A stretch of DNA of 64,000 bases from a virus (IMGVR_UViG_3300026549_001031), one strand, 5' to 3'; counted from the stretch's first letter, positions 39,241 through 50,114 are shown. Made by a program: numbers and translations. The notes: generated by a model from the letters alone, not told the origin.

Positions 39241-40206
39241 ATGAGTTGGCTGATGCAGGGTAATAGTGGAAGACTACAATATAATTGTGATCAGATACCT
39301 GATGGAATGTTTATAGACGCAACATTAGTAAGAGAACTCTGTAAAATAAAGCTAATGACACGTCAGGAGAGAAGGAGCATGGGGGCAGGTTGTCCTGATG
39401 TTCAAGTACAGAGCATATTGGGTGGAAGAAAAAACATTACAAGAGAAGAGTTAAGCAGGGATTATAAATTGTTCAACGGTCAACAAGTGAAAATGAAATT
39501 TCTAAGAACAGACAAGCAGTATAATGTGTTTAGACTCTGTGAGGAAGATTATAAGATACTTAAGGTGCCAGATAACGACATAGTAAGTTTTAGAGGTCAG
39601 CAGAGACAGAGTGGTGGATCATTTGTAATTTGTAAGGCAAACGATAATGGTACACCTGATAAAAGCACACTGCATGTAATTTCAGCAAAGATATTTAGGA
39701 AAGCATTTGTAATTCCAGAAAATGAGCATATAAAAGGAGCAGTTGCACGTAGAAAAGCAGGAATTGCACAGAAAAGGTTTAATCCTTACATGTACAAACC
39801 TATTAGAAAGCATAGCAGTGTGATGGATATACAGCCTGATATACCTGCTTCAGCATTTCAGAATTTTAGTAATAACGCTGGAAATAATGGAGTTGTAGGG
39901 GCAAAATCTATGGGTAGACCAGTAGGAAATAATATGGCTGGCACAGCTGTAATGAGTGACAGCAAGTATAGGTTTACTGTTACACATCAGATAATGAGTG
40001 TGAATGACCCTAATAAACAGATAGGCTTTGTAGTAAAAGAGTTAAGTACAGGTAAAGTTAAGAACTTGCCTATAAGTAGTGTGGTTAAGCTTTGTGAATC
40101 AAAGGTAGTGGACAATGTAATGATTGTTACTAAACAGAGTACAGGCTTAAGGTTCTTAAAGGGAAATGGAATAGTACTTAAAAATTTACCTAAAGTACTT
40201 AATTAA
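39241..40206 (+). CDS. Hypothetical protein with C-terminal copy of the ~70-aa module
   Basis: C-terminus FTVTHQIM...KQIGFVVKE...FLKGNGIVLKNLP. Confidence 0.75.
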   Translation: MSWLMQGNSGRLQYNCDQIPDGMFIDATLVRELCKIKLMTRQERRSMGAGCPDVQVQSILGGRKNITREELSRDYKLFNGQQVKMKFLRTDKQYNVFRLCEEDYKILKVPDNDIVSFRGQQRQSGGSFVICKANDNGTPDKSTLHVISAKIFRKAFVIPENEHIKGAVARRKAGIAQKRFNPYMYKPIRKHSSVMDIQPDIPASAFQNFSNNAGNNGVVGAKSMGRPVGNNMAGTAVMSDSKYRFTVTHQIMSVNDPNKQIGFVVKELSTGKVKNLPISSVVKLCESKVVDNVMIVTKQSTGLRFLKGNGIVLKNLPKVLN

Positions 40207-40217
40207 AACAGAAAGGC

Positions 40218-40853
40218 ATGGGAGGTATTAAAATGGTTACTTTATCAGGGGCGTTTAGTTGCATAGACAATATGCACATGGACGTGGCAGGGTCTTTGAA
40301 AGCACAGGGAATTACAAATGCAACAGTGATGCCTTTGTACAATAAATATGGAATAAAGGTATTAAACTCTTGCTGCATGGGTGCAATCTTTGACAATATG
40401 GAAGAGGCAAGTACAGTTATGAATCTGGCAGTTGGAATTGGTGCAGTGGTAGTACAAGTATTTGCACTAGGAAATCCGAATATGGTCTTTCAGCAAATGT
40501 TACTAACTTATGATCCTAGTAATGGTGCAATGGTATTTAGTGAGGACTGTCCTAACATGGTAGACATGTGTATTGGAAATGGTGGACTTGCAGTTGATTT
40601 GGGTAGGTCATTGGAATTGGTAGATATAGACTTACCTAATATTGATGTAGAGTCAGAGGCAGGAGTTAACTTGATTTGCGGTGCATTTAGGGATGAGTTT
40701 ATCAACGCAGCAGAAGAGGATTTAGGCAGCTGTAATATAGGTTTAAGACCTTGGGAAGATATTGGACAGTATGCAGAGATCATGCATAATTCAGGTGAGT
40801 ACATAAGGATTCAGAGACAGAGAAAATTAAATTATGGTGCAATCATAAATTGA
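40218..40853 (+). CDS. Hypothetical protein
   Basis: 211-aa ORF; alternative start ATG 40233 after GGAGG. Confidence 0.7.
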   Translation: MGGIKMVTLSGAFSCIDNMHMDVAGSLKAQGITNATVMPLYNKYGIKVLNSCCMGAIFDNMEEASTVMNLAVGIGAVVVQVFALGNPNMVFQQMLLTYDPSNGAMVFSEDCPNMVDMCIGNGGLAVDLGRSLELVDIDLPNIDVESEAGVNLICGAFRDEFINAAEEDLGSCNIGLRPWEDIGQYAEIMHNSGEYIRIQRQRKLNYGAIIN

Positions 40854-40947
40854 TTATAATAGATGCACAGGAAAGTAAAAATAAACAGGATATATAAAAG
40901 GAGGACAGATAAAATAAATAGAGACATTTAGTAGGAGGAAACAGACA

Positions 40948-41871
40948 TTGAAAATTTTAGCAAAGGCAGCTGCAACTAAAGAGCAGTTACAGGGTAAGGT
41001 AGATGCTAAGGCATCTGGAATTGAAATTCAACTATTATCAGAGTTGGTGGATGGAAAGGTAGGACAGTATCATTTTGCTGATGAGGTCTTTGACCTTGAT
41101 ATGATAAAGCAATATGATGTATATGTGGTACATGCACCAATCTTGTCAATGTATGGTTTATCTGATGTTAACATTGAGGATATGACTAATACACAGGATT
41201 TTAAGTTGATTGACCAGATATTTTATATTGCAAACACTATAGGGGAGTATCATAACAGAAGGACAATTATTGTTGTGCACTCTGAAATGTCAAGGGATAA
41301 AATGATTGGACTCGGTGATACATGGAAAACATTAATGAATTCTGTAGGTTGCTTATTGATGAAGTATCCTTACACTGAAATGGCAATTGAGAACATTACA
41401 CCTTTGAGAAATGCACATTCAAATCCTTTGTGGCTGTCAAATAATTTCAAGTTTGACAATGTAGTGATGGCACGTGAGTTAAGAAAGCAACTTAGGACAG
41501 ATAGAGTAGGTACAGTGTTGGATTTATGCCATGCACGAATTACAGAAATGTACATGAAAGCAATTTATGATGTACTTGGGGATGAATGTGAGGACTATTC
41601 ACTTGATGCATATTTTAGGGAAAATGCAGATGTGATTAAATTGATACATGCGGCTGATATGAAGGGCGAAGGATTTGGAAAGGGTAAGCATGGAACACCT
41701 TTTGAGGACACACCAGAGAGCATTGCTCAATTAAGAAAGTTCATTGAATTGTATAGGAAATACGATTACAGTTGCTTGGTTACACTTGAGGTAGCAGAGA
41801 CAGACTTTATCAAGAGTGATGGGTACATACAGTCAAATGAATTATTACTTAGGGAACTAAAGAGAAAATAG
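40948..41871 (+). CDS. Xylose-isomerase-like TIM barrel (AP endonuclease 2 / sugar-phosphate isomerase superfamily)
   Basis: VHAP, AIEN, VLDLCHA, IHAAD, H.P, TLEV metal-binding pattern; TTG start after AGGAGG. Confidence 0.75.
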   Translation: MKILAKAAATKEQLQGKVDAKASGIEIQLLSELVDGKVGQYHFADEVFDLDMIKQYDVYVVHAPILSMYGLSDVNIEDMTNTQDFKLIDQIFYIANTIGEYHNRRTIIVVHSEMSRDKMIGLGDTWKTLMNSVGCLLMKYPYTEMAIENITPLRNAHSNPLWLSNNFKFDNVVMARELRKQLRTDRVGTVLDLCHARITEMYMKAIYDVLGDECEDYSLDAYFRENADVIKLIHAADMKGEGFGKGKHGTPFEDTPESIAQLRKFIELYRKYDYSCLVTLEVAETDFIKSDGYIQSNELLLRELKRK

Positions 41872-41910
41872 AGAAGTCTGGTGAGTATAAATTTAATACA
41901 TAGATAATAT

Positions 41911-41949
41911 AAGAATATGCTGTTGGAATTAAACTGACAGCATTTTCTT
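41911..41949 (+). terminator. Stem-loop / probable terminator
   Basis: AAGAATATGCTGTTGG / CTGACAGCATTTTCTT. Confidence 0.5.
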
Positions 41950-42096
41950 ATGCTAATTGCAGTAGGGGTAAATTTTTAGCATATGAGTAATAGGGTTTAA
42001 CAGTTAAAAATATTTGAGTACATATTTACCTGCATTTGTATATAAATAAGAAAATTATTTTTATTATTAAAGAAAGAAAAGGAGATAGAGTAGGAC

Positions 42097-44388
42097 ATGA
42101 ATTTGAATAGGCTTATCTTGGCAGAATATATGCCATACGCTAAGGTAACTCTGATAAGCAGAGCAATTCCGAGAATTGATGGTTTCAAACCTGTACAGAG
42201 GCGTATTGTTTATACGATGAACAATATGGGGTTACTTAAGGGAGGTAGAGCAAAATCTCAACGTATCAATGGTCAGGTAATGGCATATCACCCTCATGGT
42301 GATAGCAGTATTTATGAGGCAGCAGTATTGATGACTACAGGTTATGAAGGATTGAACCTGCCTTATATTGAAAGTAAGGGATCATTTGGTAAGGTTTACT
42401 CACGTGACCTGAAATATTCTGCACCTCGATATACAGAGATGAAACTTGCACCAATCGCAGGAGAATTATTTGATGGCATCAATGAAAATGCAGTTGATAT
42501 GGTTGATAACTTTGACAATACATTGAAAGAGCCTAAAATACTTCCTGTTAAATTTCCTAACATTCTGGTAAACACAAGTGCAGGTGTGGCAGTAGGGTTT
42601 AGCTGTTATATTCCTTCATTCTCACTCAAAGGTGTTTGTGAGTCTACGATTGGAATTATCAACGGCACTATTGATTCACCTGATAAACTTGCAGATGTAA
42701 TTGGTAATCCTGAGTTTACAACTGGTGGGTACTTACACTCAAGTAGAGAAAAGCTTGTAAATTTGTGTAAGACAGGTAAAGGCACTTTCATGATCAGTGG
42801 AGATGTAGAAATCTACTCTGATAGAATTGTAATTACAGAGATTCCTTATTGTACTACAGCAGAAGCAATCATGGAGGATCTTGAGGCAGCAGTTAAGGAA
42901 AAGAGGATCAATGGAATTAAAGACATTCGTGATGAAATTGGTCTTGCCGGTTTAAGATTAGTTGTCGAGGTAAAGAGTGGGTATAACTCTAGAGAGGTTC
43001 TGCAGGAGGTTTGTAGACTGACTAAACTGCGTACAACAATTTCATTTAGAACTCGTGTGGTTGTAGATGAGCGTTGTAAAGAGATGGGAATTTATGACCT
43101 GTTGCAGTATTGGATTGAGAACAGACAGGAGCAGATTAGGAGAGTCAGAGAGTTTAGAGCTAACAAGCAGAAAACAGAGGCTCACTTACTTGAGGCTTGG
43201 GAGAAAATCTTTAATAACCTGCCTGAAGTAGTTCATATGATCAGTAGTAATACAGAGGATAATGCGCGTGCAATTCTGATGAGCAAATATGGTTTAGATG
43301 AGTTGCAGACAGATTATCTGATGGACATGAGAATTAGACTTATCACAAAAGATAGAGCACAGAAGTCAATTAACAAGCTTAATGATTTGAGAGCTAGCAT
43401 TGCTGAATTAGAGAGCATCTGCAGTGATAAAAATAAGAGATACAAGATTATTATTGAAGAGCAGGAAGAAATTTTAAGAAAGTACTCTAAAGAAAGCAAG
43501 ACAAAGATGGCAGTTGAGTTAAGCGAGGAAGTTTTGAAAGCTAAGAAGACTGAAATTAGTGACGAGCAGACAGTAGTAATTGTAACTGATACAGGTTATA
43601 TTAGAAGATTAACCTCTCTGAAAGACCTTACTGGTACATATGAATCAAAGAATGGAGACAAGGAGGTTATGAGGTTTAACATTAAGAATAACCAGCATAT
43701 CCTTATCTTCGATAGGTTTGGTACAGTTCATAAGGTGCTTGTGGATGATATTGATGCAAGTTCAAGAGCAAATATGACAGATAAGATTAACGAGATTGCA
43801 GGTATTGAAAAGATTTCAGACATTATCTGGATTGATGGTTGTGGTGATTACAAAGGATACTTCAATTTGGTTTATCCGAATGGACGTGGAACAAGAGTAA
43901 TGTACAGTAGTGCATCTGGTAATAGATCACAATACAAGAGCTTATATAAAGAGGTTAAACCTGGTCAGTATTGGGCAACTACAGAGAATAAGTTCTTTAT
44001 GATCACTCATAGAAACAAGGCATCATATTGCGACTTAACTAATCTAGGTCTTTTCAATAATAGATGTGCATTTAAGGTCGCTAGGGTGTCTAGTGGGGAT
44101 TACTTCGTTAAGCTTCATCCTGAAAAAGATGTGCCTAATATTAAAGCCATTGACCTTGACAAATACAAGAAAGATTACACAGTAGCTATTGGTGATGATC
44201 CTTTAGTGTTTGATCCTGAACTTGAGGAAAGAGTTAATGAGGCAATGAGGCAGGAGATTGAGCGTCTGAATAAAAAGCCACCTGAGAAGGGAAGTTTAGA
44301 GGACGTGCAGACAGTTGATGAGGCACTTGGACTTGAGGAAGGTACAGCTGCAGCTCAACAGGCAGAAATTGATAGCATGCAGGAGTAA
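42097..44388 (+). CDS. gyrA: Type IIA DNA topoisomerase subunit A (GyrA/ParC-like, no GyrA box seen)
   Basis: RAIPRIDGFKPVQRR, YHPHGDSSIY, catalytic APRYTE, GVAVG, ITEIPY. Confidence 0.93.
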   Translation: MNLNRLILAEYMPYAKVTLISRAIPRIDGFKPVQRRIVYTMNNMGLLKGGRAKSQRINGQVMAYHPHGDSSIYEAAVLMTTGYEGLNLPYIESKGSFGKVYSRDLKYSAPRYTEMKLAPIAGELFDGINENAVDMVDNFDNTLKEPKILPVKFPNILVNTSAGVAVGFSCYIPSFSLKGVCESTIGIINGTIDSPDKLADVIGNPEFTTGGYLHSSREKLVNLCKTGKGTFMISGDVEIYSDRIVITEIPYCTTAEAIMEDLEAAVKEKRINGIKDIRDEIGLAGLRLVVEVKSGYNSREVLQEVCRLTKLRTTISFRTRVVVDERCKEMGIYDLLQYWIENRQEQIRRVREFRANKQKTEAHLLEAWEKIFNNLPEVVHMISSNTEDNARAILMSKYGLDELQTDYLMDMRIRLITKDRAQKSINKLNDLRASIAELESICSDKNKRYKIIIEEQEEILRKYSKESKTKMAVELSEEVLKAKKTEISDEQTVVIVTDTGYIRRLTSLKDLTGTYESKNGDKEVMRFNIKNNQHILIFDRFGTVHKVLVDDIDASSRANMTDKINEIAGIEKISDIIWIDGCGDYKGYFNLVYPNGRGTRVMYSSASGNRSQYKSLYKEVKPGQYWATTENKFFMITHRNKASYCDLTNLGLFNNRCAFKVARVSSGDYFVKLHPEKDVPNIKAIDLDKYKKDYTVAIGDDPLVFDPELEERVNEAMRQEIERLNKKPPEKGSLEDVQTVDEALGLEEGTAAAQQAEIDSMQE

Positions 44389-44419
44389 TTGAGAGATATA
44401 CATCTTGGAGGAATATTAA

Positions 44420-46000
44420 ATGTGGGATAGAGCAGTAGTACCTCTTGGTATAGAGGAATCTTTAAGAACAATGTTTTCTGCACTACTGACCGGAGGAATT
44501 GACAGAAGTGATCCTGGTAATGCATCGCTTCTGTCAAATAAGTCAAAGACAGCAAGGATTTGTTACTCTAGGTTTGTAGGGAAGTTTACATACAATATCT
44601 TTTATAATAATTATGCTATCTTCTATGAGTTGTTTGTTACATTGGGTTTGCATACTTTCTCTGTTGAACAGGTGAGAGCATTGATGGATACAAATAGAGA
44701 CCTTATTCTTGATAGCCCTTACATTGATAAGAGTAAATATGCTCAGACAATCAATGGAAACATTGCAGATGCTGATGATATACTTGAGGCAATTACAGAG
44801 GACTTAATTGATTGTTTGGTTGAACTTTCACAGATTGAGGTTACAGAGGATGAATTTGGTTCAGCTTGTGAAGTCTACACAGTATGGTATAAGACAGCAT
44901 ATGCTGAATCAATTGCACTTGATATGTCAGCTATTATGTCAGATGCAGGGTTTGATGATAAGCAACCTGGAAAAAGAACAGTGCATTTGCATGGTTTAGA
45001 TGACATGGTTAAGTATTATAATAACAATATGAGAATAATCAAGTCATTGTCAGAAGAGGGAGCAGTAACAAGCACTGTGGTTGACTCTAAATGGTTTGAG
45101 AATGAAATGAAGAATGAAAACCAGAAAGACAATAAGGCACTGTTTCCGATTGGATTACCTGAAATTGATGCAACTGTTGGAGACCTTAGACGTGGCAATA
45201 TGTTAGGTATCATGGGACCTCCTAAGGGTGGCAAGACAAGGTTTGCTAACTTCCTTGTAGAAAAAGCTCTCAAGCTTGGATATAATGTTTGTGTCTGGCC
45301 TCTGGAAGGTACAGAGGAAGAATGGTTGTCGATGCAGACATCTTGTTATATGGCAGAGACATCATATAATGAACTTAAATCAGGTAAGAGAGAGGGAATG
45401 ATACGTATATCAAGTGGAGATATACTTGATAAGAAATACTTGAGTTCTAATGAAATGAGAAAGCAGGTAGCAGCGGCTAAAAAGGTGATTGCAACTAGTG
45501 AAAAACAGGGGCGTCTATCATTTATGCATGGTACAGCATATGTGGAGGATATGTTTGATCAGTTGCAGGCTCATTATGATAATGAGAATCCTTTTGATGT
45601 ATTAGTGATTGATCAGTTAGTAAACGTAATGTCACGTACAGGAAAAGGTAAGGTTGAGAGAATTTCTGAAGCATACATGCAGACGAAAAACTTTATTGCA
45701 AATGTGTTACCTAAAGCAGCATTGGGAATTATGCCTTGTCAGTTAAAACAGGAAGTTGTAGACTTCTTAAGGAGAAATCCTGACGAAACAATTGATGTTA
45801 CCGCAGGTGGTGAGACAGCAGAGACAGTTCGAACGCCTGATCAGGTCATTGGTTTATTCTCTTCAAAAGAGGAAAGAGCCAATAACATTATGAAAATTTA
45901 CAGCGTTGCATCTCGACATAATGAGGACTTTCCTGATTTTCAGGCTAAATGCTATTTGGAATGTTGTTTCTTCTTACCTCAAGATGATTCAGCAGCATAG
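44420..46000 (+). CDS. DnaB-like (SF4) replicative helicase
   Basis: IDATVGDLRRGNML, GPPKGGKT, PLEG, VLVIDQL, PCQL. Confidence 0.75.
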   Translation: MWDRAVVPLGIEESLRTMFSALLTGGIDRSDPGNASLLSNKSKTARICYSRFVGKFTYNIFYNNYAIFYELFVTLGLHTFSVEQVRALMDTNRDLILDSPYIDKSKYAQTINGNIADADDILEAITEDLIDCLVELSQIEVTEDEFGSACEVYTVWYKTAYAESIALDMSAIMSDAGFDDKQPGKRTVHLHGLDDMVKYYNNNMRIIKSLSEEGAVTSTVVDSKWFENEMKNENQKDNKALFPIGLPEIDATVGDLRRGNMLGIMGPPKGGKTRFANFLVEKALKLGYNVCVWPLEGTEEEWLSMQTSCYMAETSYNELKSGKREGMIRISSGDILDKKYLSSNEMRKQVAAAKKVIATSEKQGRLSFMHGTAYVEDMFDQLQAHYDNENPFDVLVIDQLVNVMSRTGKGKVERISEAYMQTKNFIANVLPKAALGIMPCQLKQEVVDFLRRNPDETIDVTAGGETAETVRTPDQVIGLFSSKEERANNIMKIYSVASRHNEDFPDFQAKCYLECCFFLPQDDSAA

Positions 46001-46056
46001 AAAAAGAGATAGCAGATTAGAAAAGAATTAGTAGTTAAAATAAAGAGATGGTACAG

Positions 46057-46140
46057 CTTAAATATGAATGGATCAGTGTGGAACTCATATCACACTGATT
46101 CGTTGATGTTTAAGAGTATATGAGGACAATGAGTTCTACA
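46057..46140 (+). other. Long intergenic hairpin with loop complementary to downstream sequence
   Basis: 24-bp stem 46057-46080 / 46091-46114 (one mismatch, G-U pairs); 46077-46088 complementary to 46129-46140. Confidence 0.5.
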
Positions 46141-46202
46141 TAGTATTCAATATAAAAATAAATTAAATTTTATTTATAGTTTTTGAAAGGGAGATACTGG
46201 AC

Positions 46203-46880
46203 ATGGCAAATGTTTCAAATGAGCTATTGGAAATGTTGACTAACTTTACAGTGTGTGAGATAGGTGCTGGTGCTTTACAGGGTATTACATATGCATTATT
46301 GCTAAAGGACAATCCGAAAGATGTTGAGGCATATAAAAGATATCTTAATATTGTGCAGGAGAGTCAAAAGTGTGGATTTAGGAGCAATGAGCTGTTTAGA
46401 GTGTACGAGATAGGAAATGGATATATCATGGACATGGATATCAGTACAGTCAAAACAATTACAGCAATCATGGCAAAAAAGATTTCTGATGAGAAAGCAG
46501 GTAAGAAAATTCCTACAAACCTGATTGGAGATAGACCAGAGGAAAGAAGAAAGAAGGACATTGCAGCTTTAGCTAGATACCTTAAGTCAGAGTATGATAA
46601 GGGTAACACACAATTGGAGTTAGCATTGTTTAGTAGGAACACTACACATAAGATTAGAATAAATGGAAAAGGACCTCGTGGAGAGGCATTGGTAATTGAG
46701 TACAATGCATATGCAATTAGACATTGGGATATCGAGTTACTTAATGAAAAATTGTTAATACCTTGTGGGTTTAGAGTATGCAGGATTCAACCTTGTGAGG
46801 TACTTCCTTCTAAAACAGGGGTATCATTTATGTTTACTCTTGAGGACGTAAGAGATAAAATTGATATGCATAGGTTCTAA
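46203..46880 (+). CDS. Hypothetical protein
   Basis: 225-aa ORF with GGGAG SD. Confidence 0.75.
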   Translation: MANVSNELLEMLTNFTVCEIGAGALQGITYALLLKDNPKDVEAYKRYLNIVQESQKCGFRSNELFRVYEIGNGYIMDMDISTVKTITAIMAKKISDEKAGKKIPTNLIGDRPEERRKKDIAALARYLKSEYDKGNTQLELALFSRNTTHKIRINGKGPRGEALVIEYNAYAIRHWDIELLNEKLLIPCGFRVCRIQPCEVLPSKTGVSFMFTLEDVRDKIDMHRF

Positions 46881-46908
46881 GATGATTTGAATAAGGTAGG
46901 ACAGATAA

Positions 46909-47256
46909 ATGGCAATTGTAATTGGTATAGTACTTATATTTTTATTGTGTCTAGCAATAAAAGCTTTTTTGAATCTTAGAGAAATAAAGAGAGAGTTCAC
47001 TTGTAGTAATTGTGGACATATGTCAGATATATTGGAGTCTGGGTTAAAATGTGATAAATGTCATAGGACTTATGCTAAGACATATAAGAAATGGATATTT
47101 TATTTCACAGCTACAGTGGTGACTTTAGATACCAGACATAATTGGTTTAAGTATAGATACAAAGAAGTAAGAAAATATTTCTTAAGGGAAATAGTAATAA
47201 TCAGTTTATGTATGATAATGCTTGGGGCATTTTTAGTAATACAGTTAGCTAAATGA
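46909..47256 (+). CDS. Small membrane protein with zinc ribbon
   Basis: N- and C-terminal TMs; CSNC and CDKC. Confidence 0.7.
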   Translation: MAIVIGIVLIFLLCLAIKAFLNLREIKREFTCSNCGHMSDILESGLKCDKCHRTYAKTYKKWIFYFTATVVTLDTRHNWFKYRYKEVRKYFLREIVIISLCMIMLGAFLVIQLAK

Positions 47257-47271
47257 AAGGACAGTTAAAGA

Positions 47272-48210
47272 ATGAAATTAACAGTTAGGCAACCAATAGC
47301 AAAAAATGATGGAACATGTGAATTAAGAAATGTATCAGTAACAGACATTGTAGTTAATGGATATGCACTTATGGCTATTGATGGTTCTACATCTAATTCA
47401 GGTGTGGCTATTATGAGACAGCATGATTGTGCAATATTATACATTATTTCAGCTGAAAGAGACAAAAAGAATGAGTCACCTGTCAGGTACAAAATTGAGT
47501 TGAAACGTGCAATTAAGGATATACTTGCACGAAATAGATTTATTGATCAGATATACTATGAGGAACCTGTCATTGCTAATTTGAGTGCAGTATCTAATTT
47601 GTTTATGTTAAGGGCTTTCATTGAGGAAATGATCATTGAAAATGAGCCTGACTTTGACTACTTACAGCACTATGAAGTTCCTAATATGCGTTGGAAAAAA
47701 TTATTCCTGGAGCCTGAAAAAGTACCTCAGTTCACAGATAATCAGAAAGAAGCAGTTAGAAATAAATTGATTACAGGGCTTCCTTTCTTAAGTGTCATCA
47801 CACAAGATGAGGTTGATGCATTATGTATGGGATTTGTATGTTGTCAGACACTAGCAAAGGGTGGTTCTGGTGAGGACATTCAGGCAAAGAAGAAAGCACA
47901 TAGGTTTAAGTATAATATCAAGTTTATTGGTGCCGACGACAATGACTCAATGTTAGTTGAGCTTTGGGACATTTATGATGGACCTGAAAGCATTTTACAG
48001 AATGGCATTAGATTGACAGAGATTGACAGTAAGACAAAGTTTGAACAGCACATATTTGAGACAATGGGCGACGATGATGCTTTGATAATCGTCAAATTTT
48101 CATCTAAACATCACTCAAATCTTGTGCTTGAACATAGAATTGGTAACTTGTCTGCTATGTATGATTATATATACGCAGTTGTTTGGAGAGTTGCAAGGAA
48201 AAGAAATTAG
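47272..48210 (+). CDS. RuvC-like Holliday junction resolvase with C-terminal extension
   Basis: MAIDGSTSNSG, YYEEP, RWKK, QDEVDALCM carry the RuvC D/E/D acidic residues. Confidence 0.75.
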   Translation: MKLTVRQPIAKNDGTCELRNVSVTDIVVNGYALMAIDGSTSNSGVAIMRQHDCAILYIISAERDKKNESPVRYKIELKRAIKDILARNRFIDQIYYEEPVIANLSAVSNLFMLRAFIEEMIIENEPDFDYLQHYEVPNMRWKKLFLEPEKVPQFTDNQKEAVRNKLITGLPFLSVITQDEVDALCMGFVCCQTLAKGGSGEDIQAKKKAHRFKYNIKFIGADDNDSMLVELWDIYDGPESILQNGIRLTEIDSKTKFEQHIFETMGDDDALIIVKFSSKHHSNLVLEHRIGNLSAMYDYIYAVVWRVARKRN

Positions 48211-48248
48211 CTATACACTATATTAAATTGAAAGGCGGTAGCAAGAAA

Positions 48249-48827
48249 ATGAGTAAGTGTGAATGGTGTGGTAATGAGCAAGGAATATTAAATCAGTACA
48301 CAGATGCAATTGGTGAGACACATAGTATTTGTAAGGATTGCCTTAGTAAAGTAAATGATTGCATTTGTAGAAAGTGTGGTACACCTACAGATTCTGAAAT
48401 GATGATCAATGGACTTTGTACAAATTGTGTTCAGGCAGACATGATGGAGAAGAGCAAGAAAAGAGAAGAAATCAGCATGGGGCTTCTTGACATTGATGGT
48501 GAGTGCTCAGCAGACACAGAAATGTCAGAGGCAGATTATGATGCTTGGGTTACATCAAGACCTATTTATGGACCTAAGGATTTGGCAAAGAGTTTAATTG
48601 CTAGAAAGATGTGGATCATGGTCAAATTAAATGCATCAGGTATTTATGATGAAAAGACCATTGGAGATTATTATAAAGACATCGAAACACTTCTCGACAG
48701 ATGCTTGAGTAAGTTGATTGGAAATAAGTGTCAGCTGGTAATTGGAAATAACGCTGAAAGAAGACGGCAGATCAGAGAAGGAAATGTAATTGACTTCGAG
48801 AATGAAGTTTATATTTTAGCAAAGTAG
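48249..48827 (+). CDS. Zinc-finger protein
   Basis: CEWC, CKDC, CRKC, CTNC; start refined to ATG 48249. Confidence 0.7.
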   Translation: MSKCEWCGNEQGILNQYTDAIGETHSICKDCLSKVNDCICRKCGTPTDSEMMINGLCTNCVQADMMEKSKKREEISMGLLDIDGECSADTEMSEADYDAWVTSRPIYGPKDLAKSLIARKMWIMVKLNASGIYDEKTIGDYYKDIETLLDRCLSKLIGNKCQLVIGNNAERRRQIREGNVIDFENEVYILAK

Positions 48828-48840
48828 GGGATAATACAGG

Positions 48841-50007
48841 ATGATTAATGAGAATACATTGAAGAGTTTGAATAAATATGCATTTGGAGCAGATGTGGAC
48901 TCGCTTGAGTCTTTTATAATTGATTGTAAACAGGCTTCAGTACTTGCAGACTACAGAAAGTATGGTGACTCATACATGAGATTGAGTAAGTTGTTTAAGG
49001 AAATCAAGTCTGAATCAAAGGCTTTTAGTGATTCTACATCTATTGTTGATGAGATACCTATGGGGGATTTTGATTTCATATTTGATGAGCATAGGAACAA
49101 GAGGCTTCATAGGGTGTATGGTAATCATTTAGAGAACACAGTGGACTTCAAGAATAGTATCAATAATCATCCTGAAAAAGTAGTAGACCTGGTTGGAATG
49201 GTAAATGTACTTGGTGTTGATATAATTTGCACATATGTTTATGGGAACTTATACAAGATATATGCAGTTGGAGCAGATAGTTTGTATTTGGATCTCACAG
49301 AAGAATTAAGTGGTGCAGCCCCTAAAAGATTAGAGGGCATTAAGAAATATATGCTAGCACAGTTAAGTGGTGTGGCAATATCAAGTTTAAGAAATAACAA
49401 ACATGGAAATTGTATTACAGATACAATTAGGTGTTTAAGATGTCATAGGAATTACGATTCTATTTCTTTGGTATTTAAGAATATGTACCTTGAGGCTGAC
49501 GATGATGACACTGAGTTACCTTATGATAATCAATGGGATAAATTGGAGTACATGAGAGGAATGGGGTTAACAGTTCCTAATCATGGTTTAGTCAGAGGGG
49601 TGGACAGTGAGACAGTAGGAAGTGCATTTAATGCATTAGATGACTTCTTTGTAAAGAGTAAAAGTGCTGATTCATTAGAAGCAGGGCTTGATAAAGATGG
49701 CTATATCATCAAAGTAAATGATTTGACCAGTGATGAAATTTTAGAGGAATCAGTAATATACATATCCGATTGCATAGATTCACAGGAAGTTTTTAAGGCT
49801 AAAGTTAAGGGCATAAAGTTGTGTAATGGAGAATATGGAATTGAGCAGGTAGCAAGTATAGTTGAGCATAGATGTAATGTAAGATGCACAGTTGATACAG
49901 TTTTTATAAATGATATATACAGAGTAGAAGAACAAGGGATAACAGTTGGAAAACCAATAAGCTTTAGAGTAATTGATAATGTGGCAGAGATATTCATAGG
50001 AAATTAA
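48841..50007 (+). CDS. Degenerate NAD+-dependent DNA ligase N-half (adenylation + OB domains), catalytic Lys absent
   Basis: NVLGVDIICTYVYGNL resembles KIDGLSISLTYENGKL; QWDKLEYMRGMGL; DGYIIKVND (motif IV); OB-like C-terminus. Confidence 0.6.
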   Translation: MINENTLKSLNKYAFGADVDSLESFIIDCKQASVLADYRKYGDSYMRLSKLFKEIKSESKAFSDSTSIVDEIPMGDFDFIFDEHRNKRLHRVYGNHLENTVDFKNSINNHPEKVVDLVGMVNVLGVDIICTYVYGNLYKIYAVGADSLYLDLTEELSGAAPKRLEGIKKYMLAQLSGVAISSLRNNKHGNCITDTIRCLRCHRNYDSISLVFKNMYLEADDDDTELPYDNQWDKLEYMRGMGLTVPNHGLVRGVDSETVGSAFNALDDFFVKSKSADSLEAGLDKDGYIIKVNDLTSDEILEESVIYISDCIDSQEVFKAKVKGIKLCNGEYGIEQVASIVEHRCNVRCTVDTVFINDIYRVEEQGITVGKPISFRVIDNVAEIFIGN

Positions 50008-50114
50008 GTAAAAGACATGCAGAACGTCCTGTCAATTATATAAAAATAAAATTAGTTTAATTTTTGTCTTGAAATTGGACTAGTTTTGAAAGGATTCATG
50101 CGGAGGAAAGTGTA

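Noticed and set aside
48841-50007. Calling this an active ligA
   Set aside because: The KxDG adenylation lysine is absent and the C-terminal domains are in a separate gene
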